In this document: one piece after another, positions 1 through 13,600 of the stretch
Layout of the letters: every line of letters starts with the position of its first letter
Numbering within the stretch: the first letter of the stretch is position 1
Assembly: GCA_964252035.1 (NCBI GenBank)
Contig: OZ176200.1
DNA from: Podarcis erhardii
Lineage: Eukaryota
Direction: 5' to 3' (one strand)
Length of the DNA: 64,000 bases
Position numbers and translations under genes: made by a program
Notes under the pieces: generated by a model
What the model was told of the DNA's origin: nothing
The model's database searches: none
What the model saw: only the letters and a program-made list of their open reading frames with translations

Positions 1-528
1 TTATATTATTTGGGCTTAGTAATACCATATAGACTACATCATTGCCATGGGGAAACAGAAGAAACTTACGCTTTTAGAGTAAAATTTTAAGAAAGTGGAT
101 ATAATAATTTAGCAATGGAAGCAAAAATCGCAGCATTATGGACAAGCAGTGAATTTGGATATTTAACCAAATTTTTAAATAACGATGGATTATTTAATAG
201 TTTCTGGTTATTATACAAAGCTGTAGTGCACAGTGGGTATCAGATACAAAGATTATAGTTGTTAATATTGTAGTTTTCCTTATACTATTTTAAAACATTG
301 TTATAAAAAACATTTCAGCAATCATTCTGAAAGAGAAAATAGGAAACATAATTTTATTTCAATTTCCCCATAATTAGTTTGCCTGTTTTAACTGAAAGTG
401 CTAAGTATGGTATGTTTTCTCTATAAGTACAGTGTACAGTGATAACCTTTTGAGGCCAGACTCCTGGGCAAGATGACTTATAAAAGGCACTAACTTTTTG
501 GAAATAGAGAAATTTATTTTTAACAGTA

Positions 529-715
529 CAGTGGTACCTTGGTTTGCATACGTTTTGGATTAGAAACATGTCAAACCCGGAAGTGTGTGCCCTGGTTTGC
601 AACCTTTTTTGGGATTGCAACCCATTTTTGGGGGGATTACGTACAATTTTTTTTGGGAGGCCCCATTGGCGAAAGCCTCTGCAATGGATTATGGTTGTAA
701 AGCAAGGTACTACTG
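529..715. mobile_element. TcMar (Tigger-like) MITE
   Basis: TIR CAGTGGTACCTTG / CAAGGTACTACTG, TA on both flanks. Confidence 0.8.
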
Positions 716-2270
716 TATAGCAGTTTGAGTTTAAAGATTTATACTAAAAAGGGAAAGAAAGGCCCAACTTGCTAAATACTACGTTCATTTAGCTTTCTTT
801 CTTTTGTTTCAAGTGTGAAGCTTAGTTTAATGACATGATAAATAGAATTTTTGCAGACTTATTATGAGTAAGTAACTGAAGAACCATTTAAGCCAGAAAG
901 AGGAAGATTAACTGCATAAGAAAAAGAAGCCAGCTACTTTTGTACCTTTATTAAAAGTGTAATTCTTACTTTAAAATGATTCTGTGATACATGTTTGGAC
1001 ACTTTTTGTTTGGTGAACGCGTTTAAAGCTGGAGTTCAACTTCCTAGAAATTATGGCAGCAAAATTATAGAAAGAGCTTATGCTTTACAATGTTTTTGTG
1101 ACAATTTAAAATTCTCCATTAAGGAACCTAGTCTAGGAAGCATGTGCAATATATGCATTAACAATACACCTGACATTCTCATATTTTTTCCCTTTTCCTA
1201 AACTAACTTCCACTGTTTAAAACGTGAGTATCATCCCACTTCAACTGACATAAAATATCTTAAATTTTGGATAATTTACCTGCAGATGTTTCATTTATTC
1301 TATCCCTTTTACTTCTCAAAGAGCATTTCAGATCCAAGAGTGTTGGTGTTTGCTTTTTCTTTTGCACATTCTTTATGGCTGTTGGTACTTTTTCATATTA
1401 AAGTTTATATCATATAGGCCCCCATGACTGAATATACATGCCATTGTTTGGGACTGGTGCAAGATGCAATATTTCCCCATATTTCTCTTGGTGTCCCACT
1501 GAAACAGAAAGCCGAGACTTCTTCAAAATGTTTATTCCCTTTGTTAAGTTGCTGAGACTACCAGAAATCTAACCAAGTTAACAGTTCTGACACAGTAGAA
1601 AGAATGGCTTTCATAGTCGCTTTTGCACAAGAGTCAATTCTGCAATACCTGAGAGAGAGTGAATATAGCTTTATATAGAAAGAAACCTTATTTGCATACT
1701 CACTAACAGGGATTTTCATTAAACCCTCTTGTCTGTTTCATTTACGCTGCACTAACAACTTTGTCCCCTCTTTCTTTGCTTCTAGATGCTGCCTTTTCTT
1801 TTCTTTATGCTTTGCCTTTTTAGATTCAGGTGTCTGTTACCTTCATCTGAGGATCAAGAAGGTAAAATGTTAATATTTTTCCTCTACATAGTGAACAGTG
1901 CTGTCTTGCTATCTCGCATGAACAGCAAAGGAAAAGAAGCCTGCTTTAGATCATGCTACATGAGAGGTGCTTTAACCCTTGCACTCTTCTTGTTTACCTG
2001 TATTTTACAATGTCTACCAGGTGTGGCAGCAGTTTTGCGTAAAAACAAAAGTATAGGATTTACTTGTGACAAAGAGCCTGAATATATTTAGGAAAGAAAT
2101 TATAAATAAAATGTTCTCTCAGGACAGGGCTCACATAATCATTGGTTTAATCTTTTGAAAAATAGCATGCCTTATATATAATGTGTCTTTTGACATTCAC
2201 ATACCTAGGAACGTTTGCTTTTTGTGTGAACTAGGTCCAGATTTCATTTATTTAGATACATATACATATA

Positions 2271-2619
2271 AAGGTAAAGGGACCCCTGACCATTTGGTCC
2301 AGTCATGACCGACTCTGGGGTTGCGGCATCATCTCGCTTTATTGGCCGAGGGAGCCGGCGTACAGCTTCCGGGTCATGTAGCCAGCATGACTAAGCTGCT
2401 TCTGGCAAACCAGAGCAGCACATGGAAACGCCGTTTACCTTCCCACCGGAGTGGTACCTATTTATCTACTTGCACCTTCACGTACTTTCGAACTGCTAGG
2501 TGGGCAGGAGCTGGGACAGAGCAACGGTAGCTCACCCCGTTGCAGGGATTCAAACCGCCAGCCTTCTGATCGGCAAGTCCTAGGCTCTGTGGTTTAAACC
2601 ACAGCGCCTCCTGCGTCCC
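2271..2619 (-). mobile_element. Sauria SINE, full length
   Basis: tRNA-derived head at the right end, Bov-B-like 3' segment (cagtcatgaccgactc on +), ACCTTT-type tail; 13-bp TSD ACATATACATATA at 2258-2270 and 2620-2632. Confidence 0.88.
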
Positions 2620-4578
2620 ACATATACATATACCTTACTTTTAAAAGCCAAACACATTTACAAAGCAGTTTATCCTACATATTTATTTGTGCAATGCTGT
2701 CATCACACTGTAGTTCACATCCCTGTAGACAGATGGTGCTGCAAACTATAGTGTGATGGCATACTTCTGAGAGCTGGGTCATCGCAGCAGCACTATGAAT
2801 GTGAGGAGAATGGAAGCTGAGGAAGGGAGACTGAGGCAGTTGGGTGGTCCAGGCAAGTTGCAGGGAAACAATTGACACAATCCAGGGCATCTCCCTAGCA
2901 TCTATCCTGCTGTGCTTCTGCAGTCCGGCACTTCCCTTTGCCTTGCCTTCTGCTGCTGGGGCTGAAACAGCATTGTCTGTGTGAAGTGGGCAATATGAGC
3001 AGGAGGAGGGTTAATAAGAATGAAGGTTGGCAAGCTCTAAGGAGGAGAGGGGCCAGCTCCACGTTTCTGAGGCGACTTGGGAACACAAGGTACAGACCCC
3101 TTGTCCCTTACCTTTCTTCTCCAAAGCATATTCTTCCTCTACTCTGGGCCTTACCCCATACCTTTTTATCTCTGCTTTTTTAGGTTCTCAAATATTTATA
3201 AGCTTCCTTCTCTCCCCGCCCCCTCAATTTCTTATACTTCTTTTCACCTTTTTGTCTCCCTCTCAACTTTCTTTTCATTTTGTGCGCTTTCATCCGCATG
3301 CCATCTCTTAGTGTCAACTTGCTGAACATGTGGTGTTCAGAAAATACATCAGAAAAGGTTTCTGGACCCTCAGAACTTAATTTAGGCAGCAGTTGTTTGA
3401 TGTTTTTCTGATCTGCTGATAAATATTCTGAAGAAGCAGTGGCTGAACTTCTTGCATCTTTGTAACCTTTCCTACATAAGAAGTTTGTTAGGGCAACTAA
3501 TCATTTTTCTCATATGAGTCTCGTACAACACTACACAGGAATATAATTCCCTCATCATTGCTGTGTTTAATAAGTGTGTTACTATTGTACAGTGTTATCT
3601 GTTGATCTGCCACCCTTCACTTCGGCTCTTGCGGGGACTAGATTTCATTTTTTATTTTTTGTTGTTGTTATCTGCAAATTTTTCTAGGCAAGGATTATTT
3701 CTTCCATCTGTTTTATTTGGAAATAATATCTGTCTTAATTAATTTAAGGCTGTAATCCAGTTCATAATTTGTGGTTCTTACTGAAATCAATGGCACTTAA
3801 GTACACTACTCAATTTTATCCCAGCATTCTATTATTACCCTTTTAAAAAAGCTGATTTAGGATGCGTGTATAATAACAAGCATGCTGACCGTTAAAATAT
3901 TTTACAAAGCAAATGATAACTCTTTCTTTTGAGTGAATAGCTCTTTTTATGCCAGGAGATAAGTGCTAAAATTATAGTGCTCAGTAATAGATTTGCTAGA
4001 TTTTAGAGTTGGAGTGTAGGTTTGAAATCTTGTGTATTAAATGCTTCCAAACCATCTAGAAGGCTAAAATATGGTAGATAGCTTGTTATGAGAAAATTCA
4101 GAAGGATGAAACATTTTATGTAGCATAGCAGAAATCAGCATTGCAACACAGAGCAAGCCAAGATGCACATGGTATGGTTTTATAAACTTGAGGTCTCTCG
4201 CTAAAGGTGGAACATATAACTATCATGGCTTGTAGCTACTGCAAACTTCATTCTCTATGAATTTGTCTAATCCTCTAATCACCACCCTTTGTGAAAGTCA
4301 ATTCCATAGTTTAACGGTGCACTGTATGAAGAAATACTTTCTGATTAAATGCATCAGGAAAGTTTGCGTTGGAAAATCTAAATGTTCTGAACCATGTGAA
4401 GACCATAGGCTTTTGAATCTTATTGTCTAGAGTCATTTCTCTCACCTGAAATTTTAAAAACCAAATCAATTGCCTCAAGCAGATAAATGATAAATGTAGT
4501 GGAAATGTTACACAACAAAGTATAAAAATCTGCACACGTGCGTGGAAGGAATACATAAATCTATCCAAGTCTCTTTAA

Positions 4579-4610
4579 AATAATAATAGTAATAATAATA
4601 ATAATAATAA
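4579..4610 (+). repeat. (AAT)n microsatellite
   Basis: About 10 units with one AGT interruption. Confidence 0.9.
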
Positions 4611-4637
4611 CTTACTGTGATTGTTCCAATTTTGTAG

Positions 4638-4689
4638 GAAGGAACAACCAAAATTGGAAGAAGTGATTCAAACCAGGAACAGGATATCG
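4638..4689 (+). CDS. STARD9: STARD9 exon (approx. human exon 17), FHA start
   Basis: ttttgtag|GAA...ATC G|gtaaga; EGTTKIGRSDSNQEQDI; 52 nt, phase 0 to 1. Confidence 0.92.
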
Positions 4690-7600
4690 GTAAGAATTAT
4701 GAGGGAGACCCCAAACTCTTGCAGAGAAATCATGAGAAATGCAACATCCTGTGATTTCCCCAAAACCTACACCGAACCTAACAAGGATGGTGCGTGTTCA
4801 GTTGCCTCACTCCAGTGGGGAGTAGACCTGGTAGGAGAGGTTAGCATGCATATGCTAGAGCTGTGGGAAAAGTTAATTTGGTTTTGGGGGTGATGTGCTG
4901 ATGGCTACCCCAAGGTCCCCATAATGACTGGGCCTCTTTTTGGTTCTTTTGGTTTTCTTTTATTGGGTCTGTACAGGCATTCTGCTGAACTGGAGGCAGA
5001 TGTTTTAAAAGTGTTGCAACTCTGAGAGGACCTGTGTATTGTGTGCCAAAGTGCCACACCCCCACAGCATCTCTACTAATTAGAAAGAACCAGACAAGGC
5101 GTCTCTACTAATTAGAAAGAACCAGACACAACTCATTGGGTCAAATAAGGCTGCAACTTTATTGGTTACAGATGCAAGAGTTTTGGCGTAGACATTGGGC
5201 CACAACCATTGACTTCTGGCCCACCTGCCAGAAGTGAAACCTTGGGCCACCCAACCGTCCTATGACTTGCATCAGATAGAAGGACCCCCACAGGGATCGC
5301 CATCTTGAGGTGTGCTGTGGCCCAAACTCCCGCCTGTGCATAAGGTCAGAAGCAACTGCTCCTGGATCCCTTTAGTGAGATACCATTACATTTGGAGGGG
5401 TAGGCAGAGACCATAGCCTCCCCTCCATCCAAGACTCAGCGGTGGAGGAAGCTGCTTGGGCGCCTGGGGCGGTGCACCCAGAGGCGGGGCGAGCAGCCCA
5501 TAGAGGTGGGGGCACACCGCAGGGCCTCCGGAGTCTGCCTGCCTCCCCCCACTCAGCCATTCTACAGCTGGGTGGGCAGGCAGCAGGCAGAGAGACACAT
5601 GGCTCAGGGATGTTTCAGGCCCCACGGCGAGTGCCGCCTGGCATTTTGTCACCCCACCCCCCAGTGGCGACACCCAGGACGGCCCACAGCCTCCACACAC
5701 CCCTTCCTCCGCCCCTGCCATTAGATAAGGTTTATCTAATGCCTAAACCACCAAAGTTGTGAGTATTGTGGTGAGGTAGACACAACCACCGGACTGGGGC
5801 CAATCGGCCTGGTAAACAAATTCCTGCCCAGCTGCAAATACGGAGACCAACAAATAGTCCATAGCAAGGTCAAAATTACACATGACAGAAATTAATCAAA
5901 TGGAGGATGGGAGGGTGATCTGATGAAGAACTGAATGCCAGAACCTGTTTATTGAACATTCACTTGGATTTCCCCCCCACAAATTTCTTGCACTCTGTCT
6001 CACACAGCAAGTAAAAAAAAATGTGTTTATTAAAATAGCATCGCAAATTGGAAACTAAATAACATGGTTGCTGTACTATACCAGGAAACAAATGGACAGA
6101 GCAGTACAGATGCCTTCAGAACAAATTGGTTTTATTTTCGAAAACTGGTTAGAATGATCATTTGCGAAGAATAAATTTAAATCCTGTATAGTAGATTAAC
6201 CTAATTCTTCAAGAATATACGGTAACTGTGCTGCTTAAATTGTGAGCCATCTGGCAGAGACTTGTCATAAATTTTCCTCGCATTGCATGAATTATTTTAA
6301 GGGTAGTACAGATTAATAACAAATAGCACGATTATCCTTACTAGTGTTTCTTGATATTTGCACTGGAGTTTTGTACCAAGAAAATAATGAATGTTTCTCC
6401 TTCACCACCCTGCGAAAAACAATAAGAATTAAATAAATAATAAATCCACGTGTTTTGCAGTTTTGCAGGGTCAGTGCATTGAAAGGGACCATTGCATTGT
6501 AGACAACCAGCATGGGATTGTGACTCTGCGGCCTCTTCAGGGAGCGCATTGCGTTGTGAATGGTCATGAAGTCACAGGTTCTGTTCGTTTGTCACAAGGT
6601 AAATCCTGTACTTCTTTTACAGTACTGCCGCCGTCAAGCACACCTGGCAGATATGTAAAATGATTTGAGAACAGATTTATGAAACAGGATTATAAAGTAC
6701 ATTGAAGCACTGCATGACTTGATCCTGGCCATGTTTTCTCAGAAGTGAGTACTCCTGATTTCAGTGGGACTTCTGAGAACATGGGCCTACACTCCATATC
6801 ATTTGTTGTTATAGAAATTTGTGACTGCAATAATTGCTCTATATTTGTTTTACTCTAGGCTACCCTAGCTAAATTGGAATTTTAAAGACAAGCCCCAGGA
6901 TGAATACTTCCTTCTATAAAACACATTAGCTTTATTTCAGCTGCATATACCCGATAGCTTTGGCTCAGTGCCTCAGATATTTTTAATGGAAGTCAATAGC
7001 TGAATGTCTCTTGAGTACAATTGTGAATATATTAATGATGTGATGCACCAGATATATTCGTAGTCTTAAAGTTCTGGATTAATCTCATTTCATTTCAAGT
7101 AACTTTCAAAGTAGAAGCACTATAAAGGTGCCTTCAGCACTGGTGTGCAAGTCTCATCCTACATGCAGTGCCAGCAGTGGTGAACATACTGTGGCATATC
7201 TGTATTAATAATTTTACGATGCTGCTTGGAAAGAGAATGAAAATAAATCTGCCAACATCATGATACCATTATGGTGCAGCTGAATTTGGGATACCGTGCA
7301 CAGTTAAAATAAAAATACAATTGAACAGGAAAATCTGCAGGAAAAAGGCAACCAAAGTGATCAAAGGGGATTGGGCATTTTCCTTATGAATTAATAAAAA
7401 TATTATTAATAAAATAAATAAAAATAAAAAAGTGTTCGAAGGTATTTTGAAAAAATTGAGAAGCCCAGTTAATTCCAAAGTGGGATCTAAAATGTCTTTT
7501 TGTTGCCAGAATATTTTCAGAATTAGACTGTTAACAAAAATAAATTGTTAATAACAGATAATATGTTATATCTAATTGTAGCTTTGAAAGATACCATATT

Positions 7601-10600
7601 TGTAGTAAAATGTACTATAAATACACAGGAAAAGTCAAATATTTGCATAACAGTTTAAATAACTGCTAGTTTCTCAATTTGCCTTTTCTTACTCCTGTTT
7701 TTAGGAGCTCTGGTTATTCTGGGCAAAGCTCACAAATTTAGGTTCAACCACCCAGCTGAGGCTGCCCTTTTAAGACAAAGACGATCTGTAAGTTTAGAGT
7801 ATTGTTTGTTGCTCCCCCCCCCCTTTGTTTCATTGACTGCTAATGTCAGTTCTCTGTAGTAAATATGAGAACACCATGGTTAGTTATTTGCCAGCAGGAA
7901 ACTTATGTACCTTCTAAAACAACAGCATGCCCCAAAGACAAGGTTAGGGAATTGCTGCTGCGTCCCACTTGATACCATTGACTGTGGTGTCCTTTGCGTT
8001 GTTTGGTCAGGATGGTGCTTTGGGTCACATGTTTTACAGTGGTTCTGGTCCTTCCTAGAAGGGCAATTTCAGAAGAAGGTGATGTGGCATGCCACATGGA
8101 CTTTGGCCTCCAGAGTCCTTCAGGGTTCTCTTCTGCTGGAGTCCTTAAGCATTCCCTCCTCCACTGAATCATAGAATAGTGATACTTTTTTTGCTGCTGA
8201 ATCACACTGTTGACTGATGTTAAGCTTCTGCTCAACTTAAACCCCTAGATCCTGTACACATGCACTGCTGTCAATCAATAAACAGCAGCGGGCAGCAAAT
8301 AGTTTGATTCTGGCATACTTTCATGCATTGTGCCCCCGCGCACACATAAGAGTTGGAACTGCAGCACAGGAATCTTGAGGTGGTAGGTTTGCTGTACAGT
8401 AGCTGGAATGGGCACAATTTTACAGGACGTTTTCTTGTTCTCATTGAAATTAAATTCAGGTTTAGGGAAAAATGACACATCTTTTGAGGATTCCTATTCA
8501 CTTCTTTAGAGTTTGTGCTGAATTTGTATCCAATACATTGTGCACATTAGCATTCAGAATCACTGGGGAAACCCTGAATGTAACATAAGTCCTCTTCCTG
8601 CGTACATATTTATAGCCATCATTGTCAGCCAGGAGGACCCAAGCTCTTTGTTTCATGGTTGGCTTGGGTATAAGGCCCAGCCTAAGACGTGAAAGTAGGA
8701 TTTAAATCTAGGTTTCATTGTCAAAACTCTTTGCTCTGTGGAGCAGGGGCTGTGATCTTACATCAAAAACTCGCAACAGTGATTCTAGCAATTACTTTAA
8801 TCATCTTGTGGTATTTACTTCCTTCCCCATCTTTCCTGTTTTATAGATCAGTGAGTCCTCTTCTGTAGTGAGTTGCAGATCTCTTGAATGGCTGGATTTG
8901 GATGGTGACTTCCCTTCCCTTCCTCATAGCTTTTATCCAGCTGAAACAGAAAGGTATGTTTAAAAGGATTTAGCTGAAATAAAATGACATTCATCTGAAT
9001 TCTGCTGATTTCATTTTTTTAAGGTTGCAAGGATATTGGGCAGAATTCATCTAACAAACTCTGTCAACTTCCACTTGCACAGTAGGGCTGTCCCCCACTC
9101 CTCCCTCTGACCCCTGAAATCAGCCATTGGTGTATGTGTCCGAAGAACCCCCTGAACAGCACGGAATGAGGGAAGGAGGTGGTCATTCCATCTGGCATAC
9201 TGAAATGCTATCACATTTGTAAAAATTGTTGAATTCCACCCATAATCTTTGCTTCCTTTTTAGCAATACAGTTGCCTACAAATGCATTTATTTTTTATAG
9301 TAGCATGGCCACGCTTTCACAGTTCTGAAGCCTTCCCACTGCTCTTAATACTAGGGGAGACCATTGGGAATGTTTACATAATGTATATTCTGAAGTTCAC
9401 ACACAGCTTATTCTTTCCTTTTAATGATTCTGGGTCTGCATCCCAGCTGCACTGTCTCATGATAGAAATAAGAGCTTTAAGAAAGAACAGTATCTAGCCT
9501 GAGCTGTGCTGTATGGGTTAAATTTTATGTCTGGTCCTGCGCAGCTGCTGTAGTCTGCTGCTGCTGCTGCTGCTGTGTTACGCCGAGGTTATGGTGTGGT
9601 ATTGAAAACAGCCTCTTGATTGGATAGATGTGCTGGGAGGAGAGGTATCAGACAAAAATGCAAATCAATGAATGAGCTTGTTGTGTTATAACTCAGACTC
9701 CTAAGTGCTTAAAGTGCTAGCCTTAATTGATTTGCAGGGATACTGAATAGCTTTCTTTTCATCCCTACTCTTTTTTTTTTTTAATCTCAAAACTAAGTTA
9801 TACCTAATATTTAGGGACTCGGGGAATCTGATTTGGCTGAATTGTTTTTTGTTTTTTTTAAATCTGACAATGGTTTTCAGGGACTGTATTTTGCCTTTTG
9901 CCTGGGTTCTGTGATCCAAGCCTCCATATATGGTTGCAGCAAAGCATTCTGCTTCATTACTTGGCTGTGGCTGCCATAGCTACTGAAAACTGCATTATGC
10001 TGTAGAAGCCGCCAGATTCTGCATAAGCCTTAGAGGCGTTTTTGGGGAAGAGGGGAGGGAGTTACACAATAGAATCCTGGGAAGCTGATGACAAAACAGC
10101 CGGGAGAAAACGTGATTCTACAAAAGGTTGATTTAGTATGCTGACTGCCAAGTTAACGCATAGGACGAGAAGATGAAAAATGAATCAGCTGTTTTCATAA
10201 TCCTGGAAATGTTCTCGGTAATTGGTACTTACAATTGGTTTAAGGTCAGTGACATTTAGGAAATAGACACTGGATGTGTTAATTACTATTTATTGATAAG
10301 AATGCTATCATTGTAATTATGCTTTTAATGTTTGTTAAATCTAGTGAGCAATGTTTGTTATATTCTACAAAGGGTTTCTGTTCTCCCCATGCCTTAGTTT
10401 GTTTGTTTTGCCTGTGTCATTCCATGATGAGAGTCGGGTCTGGCAAAGCAAAAGGCAATATCTTCTAGAATAATTTTTTTTGGGGGGGGGGTTTAAGTCA
10501 CAGTAAGGCTTCATTAACTGTTTTTTTATTTTAATTTGAAAGAAGGGAAACCTGATTAGTAGGTTTATTTCTTAGTGCATGAAATGCTGGGATTTAACAG

Positions 10601-13600
10601 TTCCTGAAAGAAGCTGGAGTTGTATCAGTATCTGGGTGACGATGCTTCTGTGGACCAGTAAAACAACCACCTGTGCGAATTTTGGAGTATAGAGGCCTGC
10701 TTTATAATAACAAATAATTTTAATGCATTTACGTTGACATTATTCTCCATGTGGAACGTTTGGGGTGGGGATGAGCTGTGGCAGAACACCTGCCATCATG
10801 CTACTTAAGATTACCGTGTCAATGATTATCCACAGAACAAGCAATTATACTTCAAGGCAGTGAAGTGTCCATGCCTAAACACTGGAATATAGAACAATAA
10901 AAACAGTATTGATGTGGATGGGACTGACATCCAAGCCCCAGGTCCTGCCATTTTCCAGTTCTTTCGTGTTTCAGTAGAGGCGCCTCATGCGTTCTGCATT
11001 ACCTATGTGATGCAAGCATCAGGCTGGATGAATTTTTATTACCAATCTACTTAATGCAGTTGTCTCTGTGCTCTGAATACATATAGGATGTTTTCTGTTT
11101 GATCTTGGATTGAGTACTTGAATCTGCTGACATTTTTAAGAATTGTTGGGAAATACGGGAGCATAGAAACCAATGCTTTCTACACTTTATGTAATGCAAC
11201 CCCCTCAGTTATTTTCTCCTTCTGTGGCATTAATCACTGAGATAGCAAAAATTGTAGAGATCTGCAGTACTGTATCATAATACGGTGTGCACTGTTGTAT
11301 TTTATAACAGCTGTTTTTCAAGACCTGAGCAATGAATGGTTCATAAAGCCTAATATCCTGTCTTTTGTAGTGTCCATTAGCAAATGCTTTAGTGACCATG
11401 AATAGGACTGGTGTACAGCAGTTGATCTTCATTCAGCTGCAGCTTCTGTGTGGGAAAAAAAAAAGCTTGGGGGGGGGTCTGCGTGAAGGTTAATAGCCTC
11501 TCATTTAACAGCTTTTAAAAGACCTGTTCTCCTTGAATTGGTCTAATTACATTTTGAGCTGAACTACAGCTTCCCATTTAAATGGGGTGTTTAGCTTAAA
11601 CGACAAGTTCTTATGTTTTAGAAAAAGGGTAAAAGGAGCCTTCTGGTCAGTTTAGAGCAGGGGTAGGCAACCTAAGGCCCGGGGGCCGGATGCGGCCCAA
11701 TTGCCTTCTCAATCCAGCCCGCAGACGGTCCGGGAATCAGCGTGTTTTTACATGAGTAGAATGTGTCCTTTTATTTAAAATGCATCTCTGGGTTATTTGT
11801 GGAGCATAGGAATTCATTCATTTTTTTCTTCAAAATATAGTCCGGCCCACTACATGGTCTGAGGGACGGTGGACCGGCCCCCTGCTGAAAAAGGTTGCTG
11901 ACCCCTGGTTTAGAGCCACAAGAGACTTTAGATAAGCCTTTCTTCTTCTTTAGCTGAGGGGAAGACATATGCATTTAGAAAACTTGGGAGTAAATATGGC
12001 TTATGACTTGCCAGGTGTAGGGTCATTTATTTGTCTCCTTGGCAACCAGGTGTGTCATAGCCTCTAGATAATCCTAGAACTAGAATGGATGCACCTTACA
12101 TTGATAGCTGGGTACACTTTCCATTCATTTCATCAGGACTGACATCCATAACTGTCCAGAAGTTTCAGCTATTACACAGTAGCTGCCTCCTAACAAGATA
12201 GCACTATGGGAATCTCCACTGGTTATGTTTACAGACTCTTGTACCAACTGAGCACAAAACATTTTCAACTCAACTCAAAACAAATCTTCTTGTATGGGAA
12301 TGCACTAACACACATGCAGTGGAGAAGGAGAGGCAAATAAGGAAATTATTTCTTTAAGTGAGGATCTTAACTGCTGGTGGTGGTTTAAAAAGCAGGTTTC
12401 CATTCTTCAAAACAGAGCCCCTCTTAGCTAGTTATTTTGCTGGACTGAAACAGTTGAATACAAAGCACAATACACACATTGGTCTCTAATAATTAGTTTT
12501 CCCTTTCTATAAAAAGTTGTAAAACTTTACAAGGAAAAAACTTAGAGATTTTTGCTTAGAATGAATTTTAATAGGCAATGGTGCCAGATGTCACACTGCA
12601 ACTGAAGACCTCATTATTCCATGGTTTGATAGGGATGAGGGTGATGACTTGGATACTGGGACCTGAGTAGATGGAATGGGCTGAGTACTCAGTTCAGCAC
12701 CAGCATAGGCCAGAGGGCCAGAAGGGTTTTGCCCATGGTACATATGGATTCCATCACAAGAATACCACTCCACATTAGAGTGGATTTATACGGCTTGTAT
12801 CTGGTGCTGGACCATAGAGACAGATGAGGGATTATGCTCATCCTGTCCACCCTGTTGCCAGCAGCCTCTCTGACTGAGGTATGGAAGGTAAAGAACCCAG
12901 GATGGTGGTCTTAGCAGTTTCAGTGTCCATGACGGTCTCTGTGGGGTGGAGTTGGCTTGGGACTTCATGGCCACCTTGGCAATGGTGGGGCTGTCTTAGT
13001 TTGTCATCAGCCCTATACACATGGCAGGACCACACCCTCACCTTTTCTTTGCTTTAGGTAAGATGGGCAATCTCAAAATAGGAGAGAGGGGTTCCAAATT
13101 ACCCCAGTGTCAGGATCAGGGCACTTTCTGGTGGAACCTGGGAGATTCCTGAATGCTCACGAGGATTTTGAAAGCCCTGGCCTTCTAGAATGAGGAGCTA
13201 CAACAGACTTTTGGCACAGTCACTCATGAGTGCTCTTTCCAGTGTTGTAGAGCATGTATGGCTGCCTGGTATCCCTGCAAACTTTGTGTGATGAAACTAT
13301 TGGGAAGACTAGCTGCAGATGACACACAGCACATTCTGAAGCCAACTGAACACTAGTTAGAGGTGCATGATCATGCCTACTGCATGGTAGTGTAGGAAAC
13401 AATGAAGTTCTTCCTCTCTCCTTCCTTCCTCAAGAAAGTTATCTGGCAGAGCTCTTTAGAGTGTTCAGAGGGCTGTTATCTATCCCTGTGAGTGGAGCTA
13501 TAGAGTCCACTGCAAATTGTTTGCAATATAGTTTAAGAATGAAGCCAGTCAAAACACTCTTGATGCTGTTATTGCAGAATCTGCTGAGGTGCCCAACACA

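Larger units (their letters stand above)
5045..5887 (-). mobile_element. LTR-like repeat (solo-LTR candidate), interrupted
   Basis: Reverse complement aligns in blocks with about 16590-17150 (ACCTTGCTATGGAC, AGGCATTAG, TAAAGGGATCCAGG, CATCTGTAAYCAATAAAGTTGCAGCCT); internal AATAAA is LTR-like. Class and boundaries approximate. Confidence 0.55.

Noticed and set aside
1786-2091. 101-aa ORF with acceptor-like and donor-like sites (1823-1861)
   Set aside because: No frame matches the expected preceding STARD9 exon (LPHL...GVVLYHLK-like); that exon appears to lie upstream of the window.
5372-5762. Overlapping 62-111 aa ORFs on both strands
   Set aside because: They arise from the GC-rich nested TIR element, where stop codons are depleted.
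10173-10217. ATG-initiated mini-exon ending at a GTAATT donor, a possible alternative first exon of STARD9
   Set aside because: It ends in phase 0, but the next exon needs phase 2.
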